Shown here one piece after another: positions 41,093-50,313 of a DNA stretch of 51,594 bases. Below the pieces are notes generated by a model. The model searched no databases and was not told the DNA's origin. It saw nothing but the letters and a program-made list of their open reading frames with translations. Source of the DNA: a virus. Lineage: Duplodnaviria; Heunggongvirae; Uroviricota; Caudoviricetes. The translations under genes were made by a program, and so were the position numbers. The stretch lies in IMG/VR virus record IMGVR_UViG_2563366877_000002; one strand, 5' to 3'. Position 1 is the first letter of the stretch; each line of letters opens with the position of its first letter.

Positions 41093-41426
41093 GAAAAATC
41101 CCCCAGAGAATTGTCTGGGGACATTTTAGAATGGTTCAAAGGGGACATTACAGCTTGGTGTTAACAATAGCCTGCTTCTCCTTGCCTTTCGGCACGTAAG
41201 AGGCTAACCTACATGTGTCTGGCATGAAATTGGCCTCAGATTAATGTTAAGCGTCTTGCAGGACGCGTAATGTTAACTGGGGCTTTTCTCTACCTGCCGT
41301 TGGTGTTCGTGCCCGAGGCAGATAGCCTCAAGCACCCGCAGTCATTCTACTTAACTAAGATTTCCCCGCAAACCGTTTTTGTCCAGCACAGTAAATATCC
41401 AACTAAACCAATGGAGTTCGCTGTAT

Positions 41427-41606
41427 TTACCGCCAGTATTCAATGCACATGACCGCCATGAACACCCCTAAAAAAAGGGCATTTATATATCCAAATATTA
41501 ATATCAAAACATCAACTTTTTCCATATACCTTGCTGTGAAGATGATGGGCATACATGATGCGAACAACCAGAACGCAACAAACAAAAACTGCAATGCGTT
41601 TTTCAT
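41427..41606 (-). CDS. hypothetical small membrane protein (59 aa, two predicted TM helices)
   Basis: start preceded by AGGAGGA SD; MKNALQFLFVAFWLFASCMPIIF.. Confidence 0.4.
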   Translation of the reverse strand: MKNALQFLFVAFWLFASCMPIIFTARYMEKVDVLILIFGYINALFLGVFMAVMCIEYWR

Positions 41607-42758
41607 TATTCCTCCTACAATCAATGTGCAATTACATTTAAACACACCTCAATTTGGCCGGACATATAAATATCTAAACCAGAAAAAATCACTTACATAG
41701 CGTTACAAACTCTTTAGTCTAAAGGTTCATCGTAAAACATTCCCCATACTTATCAGTCCGTTCCGCGCCAGGTAGCTCATTGCCTTATCTGGCAACCTGT
41801 AATCAGGTTTCCGCTTTTTCAGTTGGCTGGTCGTTTAACCGACATAGTTAACCCATTAATCTAGTTGCCGGATGTTGGTGGATTTTCGCGTTTTAGTTGT
41901 TCATAAAAGTGCACAGCTTTAACCAATTCTTCTGATGTAACCGGGACTGGTGAGGCAGTGAATAAGGCCTGAATTTGATAGTTCGGCCTGTCGTTACAAT
42001 CCTCTTTTTTCGGTACATATTTCCAGTCACCAGACCACTACTTCCCCTGAAAGTCCGTAACGCCTTTTTTCACGTAGCGATATCGCCATGTCACTGGTTT
42101 TGCTTGCCCCGCCGTTTCATGCCCTTCCTGATAATTAATCTCGCTCATTCATCGCCCCACTCATCACAATATGCTTCGACCGGAGTTTTTCCCGCTTCAT
42201 AGTCATCACGCTAGGATTCGACATCAGCAGCACTTCCACCGCGTAACTCACCATAGTCCATTAATAGTTCATCCCGCTCTTCAAAACTGATGTTATATTT
42301 AGCTGAACAAAAATCAGCCACTTTGTTCTTCCTCATCGTCTTTTATTTCGTGGTATGAGTAATTGCAGTAGTTAAAGAAAATTTCTTATGCTCCGTCATG
42401 AATTTCATCAGGTGTTGCGTCATCGTCCACTTCGAATACATCCTCAAAATCTCCACCAGCTATTCCCGTTTCAATAATAATTTTGAACTTTCGCATTTCA
42501 CTACCGCCCTTTCGGGCGGCCTCCTGATGTTCTGAGGGTGCAGAAATCCATCCGGTTAAGGATTAAGTTTTATTTACAGAACTGAATTTAATTATTCAGA
42601 TATACGTATCTGTAACCTTACGAATCTACTCACTGGATGCCTCTTTCATAAAAATAATCCAGTGGGTTTTATCGTTTTTTCCCTGTTCGTTGACAGATAA
42701 CAGGCTTTCTATCTGTCAGTGCCAGAATCTGGCTTACCGGTATTTGCGTTTCATTCCA

Positions 42759-43115
42759 TTAAAAAATCAGAACGCCGTGCGGCCTCAACACCCGAAAAGC
42801 TTCTTTAAATCTCTGTCGCAAATCATCACGCCAGGCATCTTTATTCAGCCGTCCATATTTCTTTCCCATCCAGGCGTTATCACCAACACGCTCAAGATGC
42901 GGAGGGTCTAATACAACCATCGAAAAAGATGCGTCTGCAAATGATAATGCACGAAAATCTGCGATAATGTCAGGGCTGATAATCAAGCGTCTCCCATTGC
43001 GTAATGTGTATCCTTCTTTTCTGATATCGCTGAATATCGCCCGTTTGTCAGACTTATCGAACCAGAACATGCGGCTGCCACAGCACATATCAAGAATGGT
43101 TGCCGGTGCACTCAC
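42759..43115 (-). pseudogene. methyltransferase-like protein, apparently C-terminally truncated
   Basis: motif I-like ILDMCCGSRMF and motif IV-like VVLDPPH; only 118 aa; downstream sequence has only short broken frames. Confidence 0.4.
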
Positions 43116-43534
43116 TGCGCCACGTCCTGAAAATTACCCTGATAGAAAGCCAGTATGCGCTGCATAACTTCGCTCTTCCGGCACTCGCGACAGATTATGT
43201 TTAGGCGACTGTCGTAGCGACGTATTTCTCCGTCAGGTGATGACCAGATAAGGTCCGGATCAACCACAGCAGGTTTCTTCACCTTTGCCCTCGAGAGTTT
43301 TTTGCGGGCGTTTTGCCAGTCCTTACGCGCCTGTTCAGAGGGGAATAACCCGTAGCCGGAGTTGTATACATCGCCACTGGCTACCAGCTCTCTGGCAAGA
43401 ACGCTCATCAGATATCTAGTCGCACCTGTTTTAGCTTCCAGTTGCCGTAACGTCTCACGGCCGCTCTGGCGCACGAGTTCCACCACCTGCCATTTAATTT
43501 TTTCCCGCTCTTCTTGTGTAAAAACTTTTGCCAC
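43112..43534 (-). CDS. hypothetical protein (140 aa) in replication module
   Basis: ORF translationally coupled (ATGA) to the methyltransferase-like gene; occupies helicase-loader position but too short to call. Confidence 0.45.
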   Translation of the reverse strand: MAKVFTQEEREKIKWQVVELVRQSGRETLRQLEAKTGATRYLMSVLARELVASGDVYNSGYGLFPSEQARKDWQNARKKLSRAKVKKPAVVDPDLIWSSPDGEIRRYDSRLNIICRECRKSEVMQRILAFYQGNFQDVAQ

Positions 43535-43574
43535 CAGTCCCCCTTAAAATTACCTCATGACCTGAAATCAACAC

Positions 43575-44540
43575 TTATCCTCTGAAACCAGGCGGAATTT
43601 CTGTATCCGGTTCAGAAATATGATTAACACAACGCTGTACAGGTGAACGTCCCAGGCGGATGACCAGTTCGTCCCATTTTTCGCGGAGCTTTGACGGGCT
43701 CATGATGTTTTTTACCCAGAATGGATCTCGCTGAACCCGACCAAACATTTCGCAAATTTGTCTGTGGCTTCTGCCATCCAGCATCCGCATTGTGCGCACG
43801 TCATTGGCCCAGGCAGTCCAGTTAGGCTCTTTTGGTCGCATGATCTCGCCATCATCACTGGCTGCCTGTTCGTAGAGACCCACGATCCGCCCCCAGATCC
43901 ACTGCGCACACGCCAAATCCTCCCTGCTACCCCACTGGCGTTTTTTCGCACTAAACACAACCGCGTCGGAGTTCCGGGTTAAAGAATCCTGTTCAGTCGT
44001 CTGCGGGTCCGGTTGCGAAGCTTCCGGACGAAAAGTGTTTTTATTCTCTGTAGTAATCTCTGTTGTATTCTCTGTAAGATCATCAGGCCATTTTGACCCG
44101 ATGACATTGGGTCGTTTTGAACCAATGGAGCGTTTCATTTTGACCTCTTCCATCGTGTCATTTTGACCTGATGGAGCGGCGCATTTTGAACCGATGGATT
44201 CGCTCAATTTGCCACCATCTAAAAGCTCGCTCCCATAGTTGATCGTGTAGAAATTGGTCATATCGCGCTTTGATTTATTGAGCTTTTCACAACGCAAAAG
44301 CCCCAGCGTTTTCAGACTTGCAAACGCGCGCTTTAACGTTGACTCTGACCAGAATGGGAACTGTTCCAGCCATTGTTCCGTTGTGTTATAAATCCAGCGA
44401 ACACCATCACATTCCATGCCGGAGTTGGTATCTCTCAACCAGTAGTGCAGTTGTTGCAAAACAATGGCTTCGTTTAAGCCAATTTTCATTGCCAGCTGCG
44501 TGTTTATAACCAGTGGGCGTTCAGCAAAAAGAAGGCTCAT
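43575..44540 (-). CDS. replication initiator (lambda O-like replisome organiser)
   Basis: N-terminal wHTH-like region; repeated SIGSK peptide repeats encoded by iteron DNA; position after cro/cII-like genes. Confidence 0.6.
   Translation of the reverse strand: MSLLFAERPLVINTQLAMKIGLNEAIVLQQLHYWLRDTNSGMECDGVRWIYNTTEQWLEQFPFWSESTLKRAFASLKTLGLLRCEKLNKSKRDMTNFYTINYGSELLDGGKLSESIGSKCAAPSGQNDTMEEVKMKRSIGSKRPNVIGSKWPDDLTENTTEITTENKNTFRPEASQPDPQTTEQDSLTRNSDAVVFSAKKRQWGSREDLACAQWIWGRIVGLYEQAASDDGEIMRPKEPNWTAWANDVRTMRMLDGRSHRQICEMFGRVQRDPFWVKNIMSPSKLREKWDELVIRLGRSPVQRCVNHISEPDTEIPPGFRG
44091..44220. repeat. iteron array, putative phage replication origin inside the initiator gene
   Basis: 5-6 direct repeats of cATTTTGA(C/A)C.. 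spaced 23-24 bp (TTTTGA at 44091, 44115, 44138, 44161, 44184); adjacent short TCTCTGT repeats at 44041-44090. Confidence 0.6.
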
Positions 44541-45042
44541 AATTCCATCCAGCTTTTTGTTGGTATTGCTGTCGATACGCAAGCTTGAAAGCAATTGCTT
44601 TTTCTATAAGTTCGTCAGTTTCACGATCCACTACGGCAGGATCAGCAAAAAGCAGTCCGGACTCCACCACATCGCCATATTCTTTGTTTAACCCGGCGAT
44701 CATGCACGTGATGCTTTTTCCGTCAGTAATTTCACGATACAACCTGAAATCACTAATCCGGATAGCCTCCATAATCGCAGGCACTAGCGCCGTGAACTTT
44801 TCACGCTTATCCCTGGTGTCGATAGCCTTCCAGCGTTCGAATATCTTCACTCGATTAACACCAAGCGCTCGCTGATCAACCGCGCCACCTTCATCTGTGA
44901 CACGCTGAACATCGATGTTCGGGCGCTCTTTCAAAGCCCAGAATGCTTCAGTGATTAATATCGTCGCCTGCTCCTGTGTCATTCCTGGTCGACATATCCA
45001 GGCATCCAGAGCCTCACGAGCCTGTTCAGGAGTGATTTTCAT
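44521..45042 (-). CDS. hypothetical regulatory protein in cII position (173 aa)
   Basis: ORF between cro-like dicC and the replication initiator; family not recognised. Confidence 0.45.
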   Translation of the reverse strand: MKITPEQAREALDAWICRPGMTQEQATILITEAFWALKERPNIDVQRVTDEGGAVDQRALGVNRVKIFERWKAIDTRDKREKFTALVPAIMEAIRISDFRLYREITDGKSITCMIAGLNKEYGDVVESGLLFADPAVVDRETDELIEKAIAFKLAYRQQYQQKAGWNYEPSFC

Positions 45043-45256
45043 TGTTCAACCACCCCGCCCGCTTCGTCTTACGATATTCATCATAAACTTTGGGATCATA
45101 CTGAAGCTCCCCGCCAGATGCCTCCTGTAGACGCATCGCGCGACCTTCGGGAACTAAATCCCCTTTCCAGCTATAAAGCGAAGCCAAACGAATACCTGCT
45201 GCTTGTGCAAGTTTTGTTTTTGAACCGAAATACAAAAGAGCGTCAGTTTTAAGCAT
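45026..45256 (-). CDS. dicC: Cro-like repressor DicC
   Basis: 76 aa, divergent from dicA across operator region. Confidence 0.75.
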   Translation of the reverse strand: MLKTDALLYFGSKTKLAQAAGIRLASLYSWKGDLVPEGRAMRLQEASGGELQYDPKVYDEYRKTKRAGWLNNENHS

Positions 45257-45260
45257 TTAA

Positions 45261-45327
45261 AACACTTTTATTGTTAGTCATAACTAACAAGATAGATGTT
45301 AACAAAAACATAGTCAATACGATTTAG
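45261..45327. promoter_or_regulatory. dicA-dicC intergenic operator/promoter region with palindromes
   Basis: perfect palindrome TTGTTAGTcataACTAACAA (45261-45280) and related TTAGCattaGCTAA (45314-45327). Confidence 0.5.
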
Positions 45328-45339
45328 CATTAGCTAACT

Positions 45340-45747
45340 ATGGAAACAAAAAATTTAACTATCGGCGAACGCATCAGGTATCGTCGGAAAAACCTCAAAC
45401 ACACCCAAAGGTCTCTTGCTAAAGCCCTGAAAATCTCCCATGTGTCTGTATCACAATGGGAACGGGGTGATAGTGAACCTACAGGGAAGAACCTTTTTGC
45501 CCTCAGCAAAGTATTGCAATGCTCACCAACATGGATTCTATTTGGCGATGAAGACAAGCAACCAACACCACCTGTTGAGAAGCCAGTTGCCTTATCCCCC
45601 AAAGAACTAGAGCTCCTTGAGCTGTTTAATGCACTGCCAGAATCAGAACAGGATACCCAGCTCGCCGAAATGCGAGCTCGAGTAAAAAACTTCAATAAAC
45701 TCTTTGAAGAATTACTAAAAGCCCGTCAGCGGACAAATAAAAGATAA
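45340..45747 (+). CDS. dicA: HTH (XRE family) repressor DicA
   Basis: 135 aa METKNLTIGERIRYRRKNLKHTQRSLAKALKISHVSVSQWERG. Confidence 0.85.
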   Translation: METKNLTIGERIRYRRKNLKHTQRSLAKALKISHVSVSQWERGDSEPTGKNLFALSKVLQCSPTWILFGDEDKQPTPPVEKPVALSPKELELLELFNALPESEQDTQLAEMRARVKNFNKLFEELLKARQRTNKR

Positions 45748-45913
45748 CATCATCAATGAGTTATCTTTTACCACATCAATTATGTTAGCTATAGCATACA
45801 AAATCACTTGACCGATATGTTAGTCATGGCTAATCTTGTTTGCATCAACACACCGCACGGTGTTCTCAGCAAACAGTTCCGCTACCCCAGCGTTAAGGGG
45901 AAATGAGGTCCGC

Positions 45914-46069
45914 ATGGATACTATCGATCTTGGCAACAACGAATCTCTGGTGTACGGCGTGTTTCCAAACCAGGACGGTACGTTCACCGCGATGACGTAT
46001 ACCAAAAGCAAAACGTTTAAAACCGAAAATGGTGCCCGTCGCTGGCTGGAAAGAAACTCAGGTGAGTGA
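45914..46069 (+). CDS. ydfA: small protein YdfA
   Basis: 51 aa MDTIDLGNNESLVYGVFPNQDGTF.. Confidence 0.7.
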   Translation: MDTIDLGNNESLVYGVFPNQDGTFTAMTYTKSKTFKTENGARRWLERNSGE

Positions 46070-46070
46070 T

Positions 46071-46199
46071 ATGGATTTCGACACAATCATGGAAAAAGCT
46101 TACGAAGAATACTTCGAAGGTCTTGCCGACGGCGAAGAAGCTCTCAGCTTCAACGAATTTAAACAGGCGCTTTCCAGTTCGGCAAAATCTAACGGCTGA
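46071..46199 (+). CDS. ydfB: small protein YdfB
   Basis: 42 aa MDFDTIMEKAYEEYFEGLADGEEALSFNEFKQALSSSAKSNG; hand translated; starts 1 nt after ydfA stop. Confidence 0.65.
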   Translation: MDFDTIMEKAYEEYFEGLADGEEALSFNEFKQALSSSAKSNG

Positions 46200-46228
46200 T
46201 AAGCGAAACAGCACCGCGAGGAATCAGT

Positions 46229-46447
46229 ATGCAGAAACGAGAACCCGTCATCATCGCGCCAGACTATACCGATGATGAACTTTATGAGTGGATGCGCCAG
46301 AAAATTAATGCAGCGCAGGATCTGAAATGGGCCGATGAAGCCAGGGCTAAGCAGGCTGAAAATCTGTCCGCTCTGGAGCAGGATATCACCAATCTGGAAA
46401 AAGCAGCGGCATTAAGCATTGCCAGAATGATTACATACCCGCGTTAA
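46229..46447 (+). CDS. ydfC: small protein YdfC
   Basis: 72 aa MQKREPVIIAPDYTDDELYEWMRQKI.. Confidence 0.7.
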   Translation: MQKREPVIIAPDYTDDELYEWMRQKINAAQDLKWADEARAKQAENLSALEQDITNLEKAAALSIARMITYPR

Positions 46448-46786
46448 TAGCTAACCAACGAAGCTAAGGTTGGTAATTAAGGAGTTCTCCACGGGTGAGG
46501 TGGAGTGCGTGCGCCGGACACGGGTGAGCATCCGGCACTGACAGTTTACTGAAAGGATATTTCCCTGAAAAGTCAGACCATAACGCGAAAGCGCACGGCG
46601 AGGTAGCTGGTTCATAGATAGCCTGTCGTTAAATTTTCGTCGACCGTGCGCTTCCGGTTGTGGCAACCCGCGAAATGGTGCGGCGGTAAGTATGGCGGGG
46701 TTATTTCTTCCCCGTTGAGGACACCGGGTTGTCAGGTTGACCATACGCTTAAGTGACAACCCCGCTGCAACGCCCTCTGTTATCAA

Positions 46787-46844
46787 TTTTCTGGTGACGT
46801 TTGGCGGTATCAGTTTTACTCCGTGACTGCTCTGCCGCCCTTTT
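46787..46844 (+). ncRNA. dicF: DicF small RNA (ftsZ-targeting sRNA) with its intrinsic terminator
   Basis: TTTCTGGTGACGTTTGGCGGTATCAGTTTTACTCCGTGACTGCTCTGCCGCCCTTTTT matches remembered DicF; terminal GC hairpin plus T-run. Confidence 0.8.
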
Positions 46845-47014
46845 TAAAGTGAATTTTGTGATGTGGTGAATGCGGCTGAGCGCACGCGGAACAGTTAAAA
46901 CCAAAAACAGTGTTATGGGTGGATTCTCTGTATCCGGCGTTAATTGTTAACTGGTTAACGTCACCTGGAGGTACCAGGCACTGCATCACAAAATTCATTG
47001 TTGAGGACGCGATA

Positions 47015-47203
47015 ATGAAAACGTTATTACCAAACGTTAATACGTCTGAAGGTTGTTTTGAAATTGGTGTCACTATCAGTAACCCAGTATTTACTGAAGA
47101 TGCCATTAACAAGAGAAAACAAGAACGGGAGCTATTAAATAAAATATGCATTGTTTCAATGCTGGCTCGTTTACGTCTGATGCCAAAAGGATGTGCACAA
47201 TGA
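47015..47203 (+). CDS. dicB: cell division inhibitor DicB
   Basis: 62 aa MKTLLPNVNTSEGCFEIGVTISNPVFTEDAINKRKQE.. Confidence 0.85.
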   Translation: MKTLLPNVNTSEGCFEIGVTISNPVFTEDAINKRKQERELLNKICIVSMLARLRLMPKGCAQ

Positions 47204-47391
47204 ATTCAGCATTTGTGCTTGTTCTGACAGTTTTTCTTGTTTCCGGAGAGCCAGTTGATATTGCAGTCAGTGTTCACAGGACAATGCAGGAGTGTATGAC
47301 TGCAGCAACCGAACAGAAAATTCCCGGTAACTGTTACCTGGTCGATAAAGTTATTCACCAGGATAATATCGAAATCCCGGCAGGTCTTTAA
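47200..47391 (+). CDS. ydfD: small protein YdfD (lysis-associated), start overlaps dicB stop (ATGA)
   Basis: 63 aa MNSAFVLVLTVFLVSGEPVDIAV.. with N-terminal hydrophobic segment. Confidence 0.75.
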   Translation: MNSAFVLVLTVFLVSGEPVDIAVSVHRTMQECMTAATEQKIPGNCYLVDKVIHQDNIEIPAGL

Positions 47392-47483
47392 AACAGTTCC
47401 GTAATAAATATCCGGTTTCATTCTTATATGCCAGCAATGGCAGGGATTTGTTCATCCTTAAATCTGTCATGAGGTTAAAACAA

Positions 47484-49955
47484 ATGAGTAAAGTCTTTAT
47501 TTGCGCCGCTATTCCTGACGAACTGGCAACAAGGGAAGAAGGCGCTGTGGCTGTAGCCACAGCCATTGAAGCTGGCGACGAACGCCGTGCTCGAGCAAAA
47601 TTTCACTGGCAATTCCTGGAACATTATCCGGCTGCTCAGGACTGCGCTTATAAATTTATTGTCTGCGAGGATAAACCTGGCATACCCCGCCCTGCCCTCG
47701 ATTCATGGGATGCTGAATATATGCAGGAAAACCGCTGGGATGAGGAGTCTGCTTCTTTTGTCCCGGTTGAGACTGAATCCGATCCGATGAACGTCACTTT
47801 TGACAAGCTGGCCCCTGAAGTACAGAACGCTGTCATGGTTAAGTTCGACACATGTGAAAACATCACCGTTGATATGGTTATTAGCGCACAGGAATTGTTG
47901 CAGGAAGACATGGCAACATTCGACGGACATATCGTTGAAGCGTTGATGAAAATGCCAGAAGTTAACGCCATGTATCCGGAGCTTAAGTTGCACGCCATTG
48001 GGTGGGTTAAGCATAAATGTATTCCTGGTGCTAAATGGCCCGAAATTCAGGCAGAGATGCGCATCTGGAAAAAACGTCGCGAAGGTGAACGCAAGGAAAC
48101 CGGAAAATACACGTCTGTTGTTGATCTCGCCCGCGCCAGAGCCAATCAACAGTACACTGAAAATTCAACAGGAAAAATCAGCCCGGTCATTGCTGCCATT
48201 CATCGCGAATACAAGCAGACATGGAAAACACTGGATGACGAACTGGCCTACGCTCTCTGGCCTGGTGATGTGGATGCCGGAAACATTGACGGCAGCATCC
48301 ATCGCCGGGCAAAAAATGAAGTTATCGACAACGACCGCGAAGACTGGAAGCGTATCTCGGCATCAATGCGCAAACAGCCTGATGCCCTTCGCTACGACCG
48401 CCAAACTATTTTTGGCCTTGTCCGTGAGCGTCCGATCGACATTCACAAAGATCCCGTAGCACTGAACAAATATATCTGCGAATACCTGACGACAAAGGGC
48501 GTGTTTGAGAATGAAGAAACAGACCTGGGCACTGTTGATGTTCTCCAGTCATCAGAAACACAAACTGATGCAGTGGAAACTGAGGTATCTGATATCCCAA
48601 AAAATGAAACCGCGCCGGAAGCTGAACCATCTGTAGAGCGTGAGGGGCCGTTCTATTTCCTCTTCGCAGATAAGGACAGAGAAAAATACGGTCGCGCAAA
48701 CAAACTTTCTGGTCTGGATAAGGCACTGGCTGCTGGCGCCACTGAAATCACAAAAGAAGAATATTTTGCCCGAAAAAATGGCACATACACGGGCTTACCG
48801 CAAAATGTAGATACCGCTGAAGATTCAGAACAACCAGAGCCGATAAAAGTTACCGCTGACGAAGTAAACAAAATTATGCAGGCAGCCAATATCATCCAGC
48901 CTGACGCCGATAAGTTGCTTGCTGCATCACGTGGTGAATTTGTTGAAGGGATTAGTGACCCGAATGATCCGAAATGGGTTAAGGGGATCCAGACCCGCGA
49001 TTCTGTGAACCAGAACCAGCATGAATCGGAACGGAACTACCAAAAAGCGGAACAAAACAGCCCAAATGCGTTACAAAACGAGCCAGAAACGAAACAGCCT
49101 GAATCAGTGGCGCAACAGGAAGTGGAAAAAGTCTGCACCGCCTGCGGTCAGACCGGCGGCGGCAACTGCCCTGATTGTGGCGCGGTAATGGGCGACGCAA
49201 CATACCAGGAAACATTCGATGAAGAGTATCAGGTTGAAGTTCAGGAAGATGATCCGGAGGAAATGGAAGGCGCTGAACATCCACACAAGGAGAACACTGG
49301 CGGCAATCAGCATCACGATAGCGATAATGAAACTGGCGAGACGGCAGATCACTCAATTAAGGTGAACGGTCATCAAGAAATCACATCCACCAGCAGGACG
49401 TGTGACCATCTAATGATCGACCTTGAAACCATGGGAAAAAATCCTGATGCCCCGATCATCTCAATAGGTGCAATATTTTTCGATCCGCAAACCGGAGATA
49501 TGGGACCGGAATTTAGTAAGACTATCGATCTGGAAACTGCTGGCGGAGTCATTGATCGGGACACCATTAAATGGTGGCTTAAGCAATCACGCGAAGCGCA
49601 ATCTGCCATTATGACCGATGAAATCCCGTTGGATGATGCACTGTTACAATTGCGGGAATTTATCGACGAAAACTCCGGTGAATTTTTTGTTCAGGTCTGG
49701 GGAAATGGAGCCAACTTCGACAACACGATTTTGCGCCGTTCATACGAACGGCAGGGGATCCCCTGCCCGTGGCGTTACTACAACGATCGCGATGTACGCA
49801 CAATCGTTGAGCTGGGGAAAGCCATAGACTTCGATGCCAGAACGGCTATTCCATTCGAAGGTGAGCGCCATAATGCACTTGATGACGCCCGTTACCAGGC
49901 AAAATACGTTTCAGTTATCTGGCAAAAACTGATCCCGAGTCAGGCTGATTCTTAA
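47484..49955 (+). CDS. ydfE: large YdfE-like protein: acidic N-terminal region, C4 zinc ribbon, C-terminal DEDDh 3-prime to 5-prime exonuclease domain
   Basis: 823 aa from MSKVFICAAIPDEL; CTACGQTGGGNCPDCG; exo motifs DLET, GNGANFD, HNALDDA. Confidence 0.7.
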   Translation: MSKVFICAAIPDELATREEGAVAVATAIEAGDERRARAKFHWQFLEHYPAAQDCAYKFIVCEDKPGIPRPALDSWDAEYMQENRWDEESASFVPVETESDPMNVTFDKLAPEVQNAVMVKFDTCENITVDMVISAQELLQEDMATFDGHIVEALMKMPEVNAMYPELKLHAIGWVKHKCIPGAKWPEIQAEMRIWKKRREGERKETGKYTSVVDLARARANQQYTENSTGKISPVIAAIHREYKQTWKTLDDELAYALWPGDVDAGNIDGSIHRRAKNEVIDNDREDWKRISASMRKQPDALRYDRQTIFGLVRERPIDIHKDPVALNKYICEYLTTKGVFENEETDLGTVDVLQSSETQTDAVETEVSDIPKNETAPEAEPSVEREGPFYFLFADKDREKYGRANKLSGLDKALAAGATEITKEEYFARKNGTYTGLPQNVDTAEDSEQPEPIKVTADEVNKIMQAANIIQPDADKLLAASRGEFVEGISDPNDPKWVKGIQTRDSVNQNQHESERNYQKAEQNSPNALQNEPETKQPESVAQQEVEKVCTACGQTGGGNCPDCGAVMGDATYQETFDEEYQVEVQEDDPEEMEGAEHPHKENTGGNQHHDSDNETGETADHSIKVNGHQEITSTSRTCDHLMIDLETMGKNPDAPIISIGAIFFDPQTGDMGPEFSKTIDLETAGGVIDRDTIKWWLKQSREAQSAIMTDEIPLDDALLQLREFIDENSGEFFVQVWGNGANFDNTILRRSYERQGIPCPWRYYNDRDVRTIVELGKAIDFDARTAIPFEGERHNALDDARYQAKYVSVIWQKLIPSQADS

Positions 49956-50027
49956 TGTTCAACTGTCGCCGGTTGTGACTGGTATTCTGCAACCGGCGCT
50001 CGTCTGATGTAAGAGATAAAGAAATCG

Positions 50028-50279
50028 ATGAGCGAAGTAATCATGATTGTCTCTCCCGGCAAATGGGTATCCGAAGAGCAGTTAATTGCGCTGAAAGGAA
50101 TAAAAAAAGGTACGTTAAAAAAGGCCCGGGAAAAATCGTTTATGGAAGGAAGGGAATATAAGCATGTCGCTCATGACGGTATGCCATGGGATAACAGTCC
50201 ATGCTTTTACAACCTGGAAGAAATTGATCGCTGGATTGAGCGCCAGGCATCAGCAAGACCAAGACGTCATCTTACTTGA
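50028..50279 (+). CDS. xis: excisionase-like small protein
   Basis: 83-aa basic ORF immediately upstream of integrase. Confidence 0.5.
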   Translation: MSEVIMIVSPGKWVSEEQLIALKGIKKGTLKKAREKSFMEGREYKHVAHDGMPWDNSPCFYNLEEIDRWIERQASARPRRHLT

Positions 50280-50313
50280 CTAAAAGCCACACTAACTAAT
50301 GAGAGAAGTTGAA

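Noticed and set aside
46451-46786. 111-aa minus-strand ORF between ydfC and dicF
   Set aside because: Lies in the region expected to be the untranslated DicF precursor transcript, antisense to the operon, with no start context.
49970-50005. 9-bp-stem hairpin (cgccggttg..caaccggcg) between ydfE and xis, considered as a terminator
   Set aside because: Large 14-nt loop and no following T-run; could be a regulatory or recombination site but the evidence is weak.
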